Shown here: positions 38,998 through 48,849 of the stretch, one piece after another
Numbering within the stretch: position 1 is the first letter of the stretch
How the letters are laid out: each line of letters starts with the position of its first letter
Notes under the pieces: model-generated
Databases searched by the model: none
What the model was told of the DNA's origin: nothing
Seen by the model: only the letters and a program-made list of their open reading frames with translations
Virus record (IMG/VR): IMGVR_UViG_2778261161_000002
Length of the DNA stretch: 64,000 nucleotides
Source of the DNA: a virus
Lineage: Duplodnaviria; Heunggongvirae; Uroviricota; Caudoviricetes
Reading direction: 5' to 3' (one strand)
Program-made: the position numbers and the translations under genes

Positions 38998-39257
38998 TAC
39001 CTCACCTCCAGTCTCCATACCGCCTGACCAATCCGGCTGGCATGGGTATCTTTGGATACTGTTCCGTCTTTAGCCAGCTCCATAAGAATTTTGCGCAAAT
39101 CTGCCGAACGCCATTCTTCATCAGGAAATTCCTTCTCCATTGCCAACCGCAGATTCCAGGTTGCCATCCTGAATGGATATTCCCCGCCGAGAGCTTTATC
39201 TTGCAGGGCAGCCCGGGAACGCATCACCTGCAAAACCTTCTCTTTTACATCCATCAT
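38997..39257 (-). CDS. hypothetical protein
   Basis: 86 aa ORF in operon. Confidence 0.35.
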   Translation of the reverse strand: MMDVKEKVLQVMRSRAALQDKALGGEYPFRMATWNLRLAMEKEFPDEEWRSADLRKILMELAKDGTVSKDTHASRIGQAVWRLEVR

Positions 39258-40174
39258 TCCGCCTCCTGCGGCGGTTCTGGTAGCGGCATCCAGTGAGTTA
39301 CTTTCGATGCCGGTTCTTCCCCATCGTCAGTAACTGCCCACCATTTGTTTCTCGACCAATCGTAATACCCTTCGAAGGTATTGCACTCAGTCCAGCCGTA
39401 AGACTTACCCCAACACCAAACATACTGTTTATCGTTCGGCATTCGCTCACTACAGCTTATCCAACTATCCGGAGTTCCCGGAGAGTTGCCATTTACATCG
39501 AAGTTTGGCTCTGCGTCCTGAACCAGGAGGATGTAACCATTCTTGGCCGTATCAAGTTCTAACGCCTCGGTGACGGTGCCGAAATAGCGATTACCTAAAT
39601 CAGCATCACAAGTGCTTACATCAATGGAAACTTCCATGCCTTCGATTAATTCTGGCAAGTTGTAAGTTTGGCTTACAGGTTGGCTACCCTGAAGCATGGC
39701 AGCGTGGCAGGCTTCATCAACCATAGCTTCTACGTTTTCGAGAAGTACGTAACTGTACTGCTGCCCACTAACCCATTCTTTTCTGCGAGGTAATGCGCGT
39801 GGGTCCGCTACAATGGTTCGCAAACGTTCCAGAACAGCAGGCACTACCGGCTCTACTGCCAACTGACTGGCATATTTGTTAATGGTAACGATAAGCTCTT
39901 GCTCGGCCTCATCCAGACAATCACCGATACCTCGCCTGTCACCGTCAAAATCATCGAAATCGGCACGAATCCTGGCAACCTCCCGGATTGCGGACAACAC
40001 TTCACCAGGAATAAGCGGAGAGTTGCCCGATAGTACATTCTGCTCCAGTGATGCCAGAGCAATTCGTGCCAGTTCTTCCGCTTCTTCTGCTGGCAGTACA
40101 ACGTTGCTACCAGGTCCGTATGTTTCGCGCCACTGCTTGATTGTCAGCAGTCGCTCTTTGGTAATAGTGGTCAT
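39254..40174 (-). CDS. DUF551-like C-terminal domain protein
   Basis: 306 aa; C-terminal WISC...W.W...HWMPLPEPP pattern. Confidence 0.45.
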   Translation of the reverse strand: MTTITKERLLTIKQWRETYGPGSNVVLPAEEAEELARIALASLEQNVLSGNSPLIPGEVLSAIREVARIRADFDDFDGDRRGIGDCLDEAEQELIVTINKYASQLAVEPVVPAVLERLRTIVADPRALPRRKEWVSGQQYSYVLLENVEAMVDEACHAAMLQGSQPVSQTYNLPELIEGMEVSIDVSTCDADLGNRYFGTVTEALELDTAKNGYILLVQDAEPNFDVNGNSPGTPDSWISCSERMPNDKQYVWCWGKSYGWTECNTFEGYYDWSRNKWWAVTDDGEEPASKVTHWMPLPEPPQEAE

Positions 40175-40180
40175 AGTTAG

Positions 40181-40561
40181 TTACTCTCCATAGTCTAATT
40201 TAACAAGTCGGCATTTGAGATATCCAAAATTCTCTGGCTTGGCATCTCTTAAATAAAATTCTTCAGGGAGTTTCCCCCTTATTTTTAATCTGCATAATTC
40301 TGTAAAAAACAACCCCCTATGATTTACAGGCTCACAACGCGGCATTATCACAAACAACCCAATCCTGCTACCTGATATCACAGGACATAACGCGGCATCG
40401 TTAATTGTCGACATTTGGCGCTCCTGCAAGTTAGCCAGCAAACCATGTAAAAATAGTTTCCATGATTTAAATGTTGGAATTTTTATCACGTAATGTCGCA
40501 AAACTATTACTACACGCGTTGCACCACGCCGGTTAATATAAGCTCGCCTGAAGTTTGTCAC
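40181..40561 (-). CDS. hypothetical protein
   Basis: 126 aa ORF; start uncertain. Confidence 0.3.
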   Translation of the reverse strand: MTNFRRAYINRRGATRVVIVLRHYVIKIPTFKSWKLFLHGLLANLQERQMSTINDAALCPVISGSRIGLFVIMPRCEPVNHRGLFFTELCRLKIRGKLPEEFYLRDAKPENFGYLKCRLVKLDYGE

Positions 40562-40615
40562 GGTCTAATCTCCACCCTCTGAATCTGACAGAGTTCGCGG
40601 TGTGTTAACGCCATA

Positions 40616-41113
40616 TCACTCTCCTTTGATGCGAATGCCAGTGGTACTCATTCTCCTGATTTCCCAGAGCACACGAGGAACACCACCGTTTCCGACCGGA
40701 TCGCGTTTACTCCGCAGGGCGACGCTTGATTCCGCCCAGCTTTTTCTTGGAGGAAGCTCTTTCACACGAACAAAACCAGCTGCGCGAAGAGATGCTCCTG
40801 ATTCATCTGCCTGGGTGTACGTAATACAACGTTGATAACCCATAGCTTTTGCTGCCCGCCAGATAGCACCATAAAGCGCGCTGTTAGCGTTGCGTTCTCC
40901 TGTGGTACATGTGCGATTTACTTCAAGCGTTAATCCATCGTCCAAATGTCGTGCAACAGGTCTACCGGCTGTCGCCACACCTATCAATTCTCCGGCATCA
41001 TTTCTCAGACCAATGCTGAATTTATGCCCCACCGGGGGTTTATTGTGTCGGTGATGTCTGGATATAAACGCCTTCGCAACACGAAGAGTAACCGGTGAAA
41101 TCTGCACTCTCAC
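40616..41113 (-). CDS. GNAT-fold-like phage protein
   Basis: 165 aa, GTG start overlapping upstream stop; C-terminus GIRIKGE shared with upstream gene. Confidence 0.35.
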   Translation of the reverse strand: MRVQISPVTLRVAKAFISRHHRHNKPPVGHKFSIGLRNDAGELIGVATAGRPVARHLDDGLTLEVNRTCTTGERNANSALYGAIWRAAKAMGYQRCITYTQADESGASLRAAGFVRVKELPPRKSWAESSVALRSKRDPVGNGGVPRVLWEIRRMSTTGIRIKGE

Positions 41114-41586
41114 TCTCCTTTGATGCGAATGCCAGCGGCGCGTGGCACATTAACTTCCACGATGCGCACTGTTGGTTTGTACATCTCAATTGCTGTCAGC
41201 CAGTCAGTTCCTGTCATGCGCTTTTCTGCATCGCCATTAGTCCACTGAACTGGTACACCAATAGCCTTCATCGCGATTTCTATTTCCCCGGCAATGGCGC
41301 TTTTTCCGCAACCAGTAAAACCAGATACAACGACAAGAACTTCGCCTTTTGCTGGTTTTATTTCCCGCGCCTCCACCTCTGCAATTCGGCACATAGCATC
41401 GATATTTGTGTCTTCCTGGCGTTTAACTTCATCCAATAATGCCAACGCGATATCTGGCGAAAAGTGCTTCATAAAATCGTTAAGCGCATTAATTCGCTGA
41501 TCGAAAGGCATTACAGGCGCTTCACCAGCAATTTTTGTTTTTTCAGCAATTTCACGAAGCTTTTGATAGTCAATTTTGTTTGTCAT
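41110..41586 (-). CDS. P-loop containing small phage protein
   Basis: 158 aa; Walker-A-like SGFTGCGKS; C-terminus GIRIKGE. Confidence 0.35.
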   Translation of the reverse strand: MTNKIDYQKLREIAEKTKIAGEAPVMPFDQRINALNDFMKHFSPDIALALLDEVKRQEDTNIDAMCRIAEVEAREIKPAKGEVLVVVSGFTGCGKSAIAGEIEIAMKAIGVPVQWTNGDAEKRMTGTDWLTAIEMYKPTVRIVEVNVPRAAGIRIKGE

Positions 41587-42461
41587 GCCACTACCTCTTC
41601 GAATTTCAACTCCAATTGGTCACCCCAGATTTCACATGATTCGGAACACGAACCAGTATCAAACCGCTTGGCCTGCACCATCGCCTGATACAAATTTCTG
41701 TAGTCGCTGTCGGCATACATTCTGGCAATCCCGTCAAGCGTCAGGTGACCACGGTACATAACGTCTTTACCTGTTCTGCGATGACCATCCCTGACGTGTT
41801 TGCCTGTAACCAGTTCATTAAAAACCCGCATCAGACCTGGTTCGTCTTTACATGCAAGCCCCAGCTTTTGCGTTGACTTTTTGATGCAAAAAACACAGTT
41901 CCCGAGGTGCTCCGGGATTTGCAAATCAAAAGGTTGTTTTCGCCACCACCGGATAACATCCGACTTATCAAAATCTGACAGCTCGGCAAGATACCGGACG
42001 CCCGGTTTCGGTTTCAGCCTACGGGGTTCGTCCGCACGAATACCCAGCCATGTGATGTAATTCCCTCGCCCAAAATGGTCATCGCAATATTTCGTGAAAG
42101 GGGTGAGTTTTAGCCTGTCAGTACAGAACGCGCCGCCGATGTATGGCGTACCGTACTTTTTAACCATGTCCATAAACGGTTTAAGCACCGGCATTCGCGT
42201 CTGAATATCCTTTGGTTCCCATTCCGTATAACCATTTGGCTGCCCAAGTTCTGGATTTATATCGACCTGCAACACCGTTAGCGGTACATTCCAGAACTTC
42301 ACAACCTCACGAATAAAGCGATACGTCAGAGGATGTTCACAGCCGGTATCCATAAAAATGAAATGGACGCTAGCGCCAGCTTTTCGCTGTGCTTCCATCA
42401 GATGAACGAGATAAGCCGATGTTCGTCCACCTGAAAAGCTGACGACTTGATGCATACTCAC
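41583..42461 (-). CDS. PAPS reductase-family ATP pyrophosphatase-like protein
   Basis: 292 aa; SFSGGRTS PP-loop motif. Confidence 0.65.
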   Translation of the reverse strand: MSMHQVVSFSGGRTSAYLVHLMEAQRKAGASVHFIFMDTGCEHPLTYRFIREVVKFWNVPLTVLQVDINPELGQPNGYTEWEPKDIQTRMPVLKPFMDMVKKYGTPYIGGAFCTDRLKLTPFTKYCDDHFGRGNYITWLGIRADEPRRLKPKPGVRYLAELSDFDKSDVIRWWRKQPFDLQIPEHLGNCVFCIKKSTQKLGLACKDEPGLMRVFNELVTGKHVRDGHRRTGKDVMYRGHLTLDGIARMYADSDYRNLYQAMVQAKRFDTGSCSESCEIWGDQLELKFEEVVA

Positions 42462-42464
42462 GGT

Positions 42465-43157
42465 TTATTCCTGAACGCGCTTAAACTCGATTACCCATAC
42501 CCACGGGTTAGATAGCCAGTTATCCTGCCCGTAAATACTGCGCCAGATATCACCAAAACCAACGCGATAAACAGCTTCCGGCGGCGTAATTTTGTACATC
42601 GCCGGAGATGCGCCTTCTGCTTTAGCATCTGCCTCGCTCATATCACGCAGCCGTTCCACACGCACGTCGGTAATTTCCAGCAAAATGCGCGATGCCCAGC
42701 GCGGCATGTGAATTGATGGACGCCACCCGCCATCAAATTTTTCATTCACAGTGTGAGGTTTCCAGTCGGCATCATCGGGTATCGACCACAAGCCGTAATC
42801 ACCCGGCTTTTGCTCACAACTGGCCCGATAAATCCTTGCTGCGTTCTTCTCATCGCCACGACAAAGGTTGTCGTTCCAGTCCACACTGCAACCATCCTCA
42901 TTGCCTAATATCGCCCACGCCTCACGGACCCATATGCGATCACCAACGTTACCGAACGGGCATAAACCATGTTCAGGTGCATCCATAACGTGGGTATAGA
43001 CACCATTGCGTTTCTTGGTCGGTTTACGGATAACCAGGCAGTTATCGGCCCTGACATTTTTTACAGGTCGGCGAGTCTGCGTCTTCCTTCCTTCGAGGAT
43101 GGCCCTGACCATCTCATCGTTAAAAATCATCCCGCGTTCTTTCATTTTTTGATCCAC
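42465..43157 (-). CDS. ASCH/PUA-like domain protein
   Basis: 230 aa; FNDEMVRAILEGRKTQTRRP N-terminus. Confidence 0.4.
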   Translation of the reverse strand: MDQKMKERGMIFNDEMVRAILEGRKTQTRRPVKNVRADNCLVIRKPTKKRNGVYTHVMDAPEHGLCPFGNVGDRIWVREAWAILGNEDGCSVDWNDNLCRGDEKNAARIYRASCEQKPGDYGLWSIPDDADWKPHTVNEKFDGGWRPSIHMPRWASRILLEITDVRVERLRDMSEADAKAEGASPAMYKITPPEAVYRVGFGDIWRSIYGQDNWLSNPWVWVIEFKRVQE

Positions 43158-43161
43158 CTCA

Positions 43162-44157
43162 TCAGTTATTGAACGTGATCACTCCGCGCTCGATGGCGAA
43201 GTCGAAAAGCTGGTTAGCTGCTACGTAAAGGCGTATGCCATGTGCTTTTTCCCATGCCCGGACATCGTTTTCTGCGCTTCTGGCGCAGTCATCGCAAAGA
43301 GGAACAGCCCAGCGGTCGTGTTCGTTTAACGAGCGGGCGCGGTACATGAATGGGTGATTAACCTTGCCGCCGCAGCCTACACACGGGCGAGACACCACAA
43401 ACCGGAGATAAGCCGGGCTTTTTCCGAGTAAGGTTTTTGGACGGCGCATATATAGGAGGCCAGAATCTTCATCGACGGACAGATTGACGATCTGCTCTGC
43501 GGAAATATCCACCAGCTCGCGGGTACTATGCTCCCAGGTAATATCCGACTCTTTCAGAGTGCCGGTAGGGATTTCAGTTTTTGGCTGACAAAATGCAATG
43601 CGACCAGCTTCATCAGGCAGTTCGTCTTTAAGATTCCGGCGAATGGCCCAAAAGGTGAGTTCAACCATGCTCAGATCGCGATCTGGCGGAAGTTTTAACT
43701 CGCTGGCAGCCCAGTTCATAATCCAGTTGGCGCGATTCAGTGACAGTTGGTCTTCCAGCTTGCCGTATCCCTTCATCATGTATTCCGCATCATGCTTCCA
43801 GCACAGGCGAACGGCAGAACCGTTATAGAAATGGGTGGTTAACTGGTGGCTGCAATCGCGCTTATCATGCGCCTGGCAATCGTGAATGTTGGTGCTAACC
43901 CAGTGAACGAGAGAATCCTCACCACCTAACGCGTTAAATACGCGCTCACTTTGAAAAAAGGGTGCCAGTGACTGGTTGGTAACCAGTGAATAATTCAGGT
44001 CAACGACACCATCAGGGGTGTTTTCAGCCTGTTCACGCGGCAATGGGGATATAAGAAAACGACGTCCTGCGCCGATGTAATTGCTGGTGGGCTTATCTAC
44101 AGGAAAGACAGCCACACCAGTTTCATTTACGACATATGGGGTGATTATTGCACTCAT
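43162..44157 (-). CDS. DUF968-like protein with C-terminal Cys-rich motif
   Basis: 331 aa; CVGCGG...H...CDDC cluster. Confidence 0.35.
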   Translation of the reverse strand: MSAIITPYVVNETGVAVFPVDKPTSNYIGAGRRFLISPLPREQAENTPDGVVDLNYSLVTNQSLAPFFQSERVFNALGGEDSLVHWVSTNIHDCQAHDKRDCSHQLTTHFYNGSAVRLCWKHDAEYMMKGYGKLEDQLSLNRANWIMNWAASELKLPPDRDLSMVELTFWAIRRNLKDELPDEAGRIAFCQPKTEIPTGTLKESDITWEHSTRELVDISAEQIVNLSVDEDSGLLYMRRPKTLLGKSPAYLRFVVSRPCVGCGGKVNHPFMYRARSLNEHDRWAVPLCDDCARSAENDVRAWEKAHGIRLYVAANQLFDFAIERGVITFNN

Positions 44158-44199
44158 AATGCATACCGACTCTGTTTTGTTCCGAGCGGTAAAATAATA

Positions 44200-44229
44200 T
44201 GTTAGAAAACTAAAATCAATGTTCTAACG
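44200..44229. promoter_or_regulatory. TGTTAGAAAAC ... TGTTCTAACG motif pair (operator-like site K)
   Basis: motif family member inside the leftward operon. Confidence 0.4.
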
Positions 44230-44255
44230 CATTTTTGAGTGCGTAAGTGATTTGA

Positions 44256-44948
44256 TCAGACTTTAAGCTGCCCTCCCTTCACCTGCATTAGCGTCAGATT
44301 TCCGCAAAAAACCGCGCCCGTGTCTATGTAGTGCTGATTCCAGTATGCTTTTGGTCTTCGTACCGGTGTGTGCCCAAAGATAAAGCGATCTGCGCCTGTA
44401 ATTTCTCCACCAATGCCATCTATCGAATCACCGACGCGACTGCGCGACCAGACAACATCAAAAAGCGACACATCCTTACCGAACTGGTACTCTCCACCTG
44501 GATAGTCGGCATGGGCTATAACGATAGTTTCATGCCCGGTGTTCAACTCAATGATATATGGCAGACGCTTTACCAGCTCCACCAGCGCCCTGGCTAATAT
44601 TTCCTGATCAGCGTCCAGCATGAAGAACCATTGTCCGCCATTCATTAGCCAGTTATTCACGTTGCCATCAGGACTTAACGCATCGATCATTAATCGCTCG
44701 TGGTTTCCCATAACCGACCGAAACCAGGGCATCTGCAATAGCTCCAGGCATTCAACATTTTCGGTGCCGCGATCGATAAGGTCGCCAACCGATATCAGTA
44801 AATCCTGCGCCGGGTCAAAATCCACACGATGGAGTTCGGACATCAGTCTGGTGTAGCAACCATGCAGATCACCAACAACCCATATGTTTCTGTAGCCAGA
44901 ACCATCAATACGGCTATATAAATTCACTTCATGCATAGCCTGTGTCAT
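44256..44948 (-). CDS. Ser/Thr protein phosphatase (lambda PPase-like)
   Basis: 230 aa; GDLHG, GDLIDRG, GNHE metallophosphatase motifs. Confidence 0.8.
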   Translation of the reverse strand: MTQAMHEVNLYSRIDGSGYRNIWVVGDLHGCYTRLMSELHRVDFDPAQDLLISVGDLIDRGTENVECLELLQMPWFRSVMGNHERLMIDALSPDGNVNNWLMNGGQWFFMLDADQEILARALVELVKRLPYIIELNTGHETIVIAHADYPGGEYQFGKDVSLFDVVWSRSRVGDSIDGIGGEITGADRFIFGHTPVRRPKAYWNQHYIDTGAVFCGNLTLMQVKGGQLKV

Positions 44949-45256
44949 GCGGCAACCTTCTCACGCAGCCAGATACAAACCGGACCATCTTCAGTGTCAT
45001 GAATAGAGCCAACAAACCAGCCTTCACCCTCTGGTCGCTCCGGTTCCCAGGCGGCAATATCGGGACCAGCTGCGTCCAGATCAAAATCATCTTCATCCAT
45101 ACTGCGAATAGTCCACTGAAGATTATTTCCCTTCATCCAGGCGTCAAATTCCTCAGTGGAAATATATTCACGGCCTGCGCAAAACTTTTCATACTCCGGA
45201 TGTGTCCAGCAGCCATATTCATCACGTTCTACCGGCATTTCTTTAATTGTGCTCAC
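44945..45256 (-). CDS. hypothetical acidic protein
   Basis: 103 aa ORF. Confidence 0.35.
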   Translation of the reverse strand: MSTIKEMPVERDEYGCWTHPEYEKFCAGREYISTEEFDAWMKGNNLQWTIRSMDEDDFDLDAAGPDIAAWEPERPEGEGWFVGSIHDTEDGPVCIWLREKVAA

Positions 45257-45477
45257 TCTTCATCCTCCAAATCGGCAACGGCCTCCATCACATCAGAACC
45301 GCGAATAAACTCAAAAGCACGGCAAGCCATTTCAAACACCTGTTGTTCTTGCGGATGCGGTGACTCCCAATACTTAAAACCAGGTCGATGCTCGTAACCC
45401 ATCATGGAATAAAAATCGCCAGCAAGTTCAATCGCGGCATCAACAAGTTCGCGATTTGTCATCGTCTGTTCTGTCAT
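45253..45477 (-). CDS. hypothetical protein
   Basis: 74 aa ORF. Confidence 0.35.
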   Translation of the reverse strand: MTEQTMTNRELVDAAIELAGDFYSMMGYEHRPGFKYWESPHPQEQQVFEMACRAFEFIRGSDVMEAVADLEDEE

Positions 45478-45749
45478 TTTGTTTTCTCCTGTCTGAACAT
45501 CACTATCATCAGGTCGCCTTTTGTCGCTATCCTGGCTGTTGTGCCTGGTTCTATGCGGCTAAGTTCAAATGCGTCATAGAACGCTTCTAATGCCTTCTGG
45601 CGTAGTTCCTGTTTGCGCCGTTTTTTCCACTGTTTTAGGAAAATGGAACCCAGCCATCGCCATGTACTGGACATGATGTAAAGCCAACCGAGAAGTGCCA
45701 GTCCGGTATTTAGGGCCGTATCGATCGTTATCGTGGTGTCGATATTCAC
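45474..45749 (-). CDS. small membrane protein
   Basis: 91 aa, one TM helix, basic C-terminus. Confidence 0.35.
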   Translation of the reverse strand: MNIDTTITIDTALNTGLALLGWLYIMSSTWRWLGSIFLKQWKKRRKQELRQKALEAFYDAFELSRIEPGTTARIATKGDLMIVMFRQEKTK

Positions 45750-45994
45750 TGTGGAGGCTCCTGCTTTTCTGCCTTCAATACCATGCGAGAACCATCATCC
45801 AGCTCCCAATTAATTTCACCGCCTTCAGCCATGACTAGATGCCAAACGAGTTGTGCGGCCTCGTTGGTTACATCGCGACCGCGATCATTGCCGACACGAC
45901 GTTTTGTTCCATCCCCTAAGTCACGCATTTTTGCCAACACGATTGTTTTTGATAGCGGTGAAAAACCAAGCTGTAGTCGTGCTGAATTGCTCAC
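45746..45994 (-). CDS. hypothetical protein
   Basis: 82 aa ORF. Confidence 0.35.
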   Translation of the reverse strand: MSNSARLQLGFSPLSKTIVLAKMRDLGDGTKRRVGNDRGRDVTNEAAQLVWHLVMAEGGEINWELDDGSRMVLKAEKQEPPQ

Positions 45995-46755
45995 TGTTTG
46001 CCTCCTTTTCCAAGCTGGGCGGCGATATCTTCGAGAACGCCATCAGAGAATGAGCGGTCAAAATCACCTTCCGGCGCATTAGCCATAAACTCAGTAGAGG
46101 TAAGAATCATCCGGGCAATATCCGCGGCGTTCTTCGCAGTATCATCAATAAAACCAGCTTCCCAGGCAGCCAGCATTCTGTTCGCCACAAAGTAAGCGCC
46201 CTCCTTGCGTGCTTCAGTCTTCACTTCAGCCAGAAAAGCATCGGTGGCTGGTGTTTGCGGCATCCCTCCATCTGTTGCGCAGATATACGCATCAGATATT
46301 TCATCCTGCTCGCCATCAAACACGTAGCAACTCTGTGCGATAAATTTATTCAGCCCTGCATTCTCCGCCGCCAGCGCCGCGCGATTACCCTCCAGCTCTG
46401 CAATGCGCTGTTTTGCGGCATCAAGTTCAATCGATAATTTTTCCAACTGCTCTTTATGCTTCTTGTATTCCTGATATGCGTGCCAGGACTGACCTTTGCG
46501 CACACTATCAGTAATATCAGTAATCTGTTCTGGTGTTAGCGTGGTCAGTGGCTGTGCTGGGAAAATCAGCACTTTCCCGGAATCCCAATCAAAACCAGCG
46601 TGAATTGACTGAACCTCAACTGAGGGTGTTGAACCAATGCTGCCAGGCGAATGAACAACGATCGTTACATCCATATCGCGACGATGGCTGTGGTTATTGG
46701 ACAAAATACGATTCACCAACTCAGAAAATTTGGAGAATTTCATGCGGAGCCTCAA
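45991..46755 (-). CDS. early-operon coiled-coil protein (paralogue of 47159..47662)
   Basis: 254 aa; shares C-terminal domain TDAFLAE...A.R.LAA...GFI. Confidence 0.4.
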   Translation of the reverse strand: MRLRMKFSKFSELVNRILSNNHSHRRDMDVTIVVHSPGSIGSTPSVEVQSIHAGFDWDSGKVLIFPAQPLTTLTPEQITDITDSVRKGQSWHAYQEYKKHKEQLEKLSIELDAAKQRIAELEGNRAALAAENAGLNKFIAQSCYVFDGEQDEISDAYICATDGGMPQTPATDAFLAEVKTEARKEGAYFVANRMLAAWEAGFIDDTAKNAADIARMILTSTEFMANAPEGDFDRSFSDGVLEDIAAQLGKGGKQ

Positions 46756-47162
46756 TATGCAAAATAGACAGTTGCCACACCGTTATAGTGATCAAACGAT
46801 ACGGCGTTTACTTCATAGCTGGCAGGAAGCTTCGAGCCGAGAACGTATCCGGGCCACGTTTTCCATGGAATTTCTCTACTCTCACTATCCCCATATACCG
46901 TACATCCAAGTGAACCTACAGCCTCGTCATAACGTTTGCCGCATGTTATGAAACCTATATTTTTCTTGCCGGTCTTAATGGCGATTGGGTGAACACTAGC
47001 TGATGCATTGGCAGCACGCTGTGACTGTTGGTTTGCGATATTCGCAGAGTTCGCAGCAGCTACAGCAGCCGTGGTCGCGGCGGTAGATGCCACAATAACT
47101 GCTGAAGCCTGCGCCTGTTGGGTAATGGTCAGCAATGCCGCCACAAAAATCATCCTCTTCAC
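46752..47162 (-). CDS. secreted protein with Ala/Thr-rich N-terminal region
   Basis: 136 aa; signal-peptide-like N-terminus. Confidence 0.4.
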   Translation of the reverse strand: MKRMIFVAALLTITQQAQASAVIVASTAATTAAVAAANSANIANQQSQRAANASASVHPIAIKTGKKNIGFITCGKRYDEAVGSLGCTVYGDSESREIPWKTWPGYVLGSKLPASYEVNAVSFDHYNGVATVYFAY

Positions 47163-47662
47163 TTGTCAGCTCCTTTGCGAATCTGTTCCGCCCATTCTTC
47201 AAGGGATTTCTCCGCATATTCACCGGACAGGCCATCAATCGGGTGCGGTTCATTAGCCAACTCTTCTTTCGCTGACAGAATCATGCGCGTAACGTCGAAA
47301 ACTTCACGTAAAGACTTATTGATAAATCCGTGGTTGAAAGCAGCAGCAAGACGGCTTGCGGTATAGTTAATCCCCTCGTTGCGAGCCTCCGCACGAATTT
47401 CAGCCAGGAAAGCATCGGTGACTGGCATATTTCCTGTTGCCTTCATGGCCTCCAAAATAACCAGAACGCCATCTCTCCCTGCCACCTCGCAGATAACCTC
47501 GGTGTTGTCGCCAACAACATCGCAGAATGCCTGAACTGCTTTACGAGCAAGTGCATTCTCCGCCGCCAGCGCAGCACACGCTTTCTCAAGTCGGGAAATT
47601 TCCGTTACATACTCAGCGTTACGCTCTGCCAGTTGTGCGGGCGTTAAACCTTCAGACTTCAT
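47159..47662 (-). CDS. early-operon coiled-coil protein (paralogue of 45991..46755)
   Basis: 167 aa; shared C-terminal domain. Confidence 0.4.
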   Translation of the reverse strand: MKSEGLTPAQLAERNAEYVTEISRLEKACAALAAENALARKAVQAFCDVVGDNTEVICEVAGRDGVLVILEAMKATGNMPVTDAFLAEIRAEARNEGINYTASRLAAAFNHGFINKSLREVFDVTRMILSAKEELANEPHPIDGLSGEYAEKSLEEWAEQIRKGADK

Positions 47663-47969
47663 ACACTCTCCTTTCGAAATAAACGTACTGATTAATCATG
47701 CCCAGGGGCATTTCGAGTTTTTCCGCGATCTCACGGCGGGGAACACCACACTGATGAAGCTGCCGTGCCAGTTCTATATCGCTCTGCCGGTATTTGGCTG
47801 ACGGATGAAAGTCTCCTTTCAGAATCATGCTGATCCCCAACTCCCGCGCTTTAGTCCTGACGGCATCACCGGTACGACCGATCAGCTTCCCAATACTCTC
47901 GACCGTCATAGTTCCGGCGCACTGGCGGAGTATCATGATTTCTGCCCTTCCCCATCCCCGCCAGCTCAC
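47652..47969 (-). CDS. hypothetical protein, possible HTH
   Basis: 105 aa ORF. Confidence 0.35.
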   Translation of the reverse strand: MSWRGWGRAEIMILRQCAGTMTVESIGKLIGRTGDAVRTKARELGISMILKGDFHPSAKYRQSDIELARQLHQCGVPRREIAEKLEMPLGMINQYVYFERRVYEV

Positions 47970-48577
47970 GCAGAACTCCTTCTAACCAAAAGAACGCCAT
48001 CTTCAGAAACAACGTTGCAGGACTTCAGGTAATTCATTGCCTCTTTCGGTAATGGATTCTTTGGATCGGCGTTTGCCAGGGATTTCGATAACCTCATGAT
48101 AAATTTGATCATTACCTTCTGGCGGAGCTTGTGCTCATGAGATAAAGAAAGGTAATAGGAAATGGTATGGGCTAAACGCTCACGAAGCTGTTCTGTGCCG
48201 TGATATACAGCAGCGATATCACGCAGTGCATTGACCAGTTCCCGGTAAATATGCGGAGCAACCTGGCATTCAATGTTGGTTGGTGACTCATAAATTACAG
48301 TCAGCCCCAGCTTTTCAGCCAGCGCGTGCTCTGCACGAGCACCAACCGATTCTTCCCATCGATTGAGCAAATAAATCGCATCAGCAGAACGCACCATTGC
48401 CAGGCAAATATCCATGTATTCACTCTGGCAAAGGCCACCAGGTAACACCGCTGGATTCAGAACGATATGCCCTTCAGCCATCAGCTCGCTCGCTTTCGCA
48501 TTAAACGCCGCACGGTTGTAATCTGGATAACCAGTCATCGGCCCCGCGATGTAAATTTTCAAAACACGTTTCACCAT
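47966..48577 (-). CDS. DUF4406-like (nucleoside 2-deoxyribosyltransferase-like) protein
   Basis: IYIAGPMTG...NRAAF motif near N-terminus; start set to Met after the coupled small ORF. Confidence 0.5.
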   Translation of the reverse strand: MVKRVLKIYIAGPMTGYPDYNRAAFNAKASELMAEGHIVLNPAVLPGGLCQSEYMDICLAMVRSADAIYLLNRWEESVGARAEHALAEKLGLTVIYESPTNIECQVAPHIYRELVNALRDIAAVYHGTEQLRERLAHTISYYLSLSHEHKLRQKVMIKFIMRLSKSLANADPKNPLPKEAMNYLKSCNVVSEDGVLLVRRSSA

Positions 48578-48731
48578 CAAAATTTCCCCAAAATCGTGAC
48601 GCAAAACATAAGCACTGCGAAAAGCTCAATACCAAGTTCAAGTAGCGCCAACGCCCCGAAAAACAACACATAGAACAGGCCAATCTCATTCACAGATGGC
48701 TGGTGGATCGCACTTAAAGCTATAAGCATCA
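48576..48731 (-). CDS. 51-aa hydrophobic peptide, first gene of the leftward operon
   Basis: GGAGGA 4 nt before ATGATG; two hydrophobic helices; stop overlaps next start; below ORF-track size cut-off. Confidence 0.35.
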
Positions 48732-48770
48732 TGTCCTCCAAACAGTTATCAGGAATGATATTAATGTTTT

Positions 48771-48800
48771 GTGTTAGAAAATCAATTTTGAATATCTAAC
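48771..48800. promoter_or_regulatory. TGTTAGAAAA ... ATATCTAACT motif pair (operator-like site L)
   Basis: in divergent region between ref and the leftward operon. Confidence 0.45.
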
Positions 48801-48849
48801 TGTTTTGATCAATCATAGAAAAATAGCTGAAAAGTAAGAGGCAGCCATC

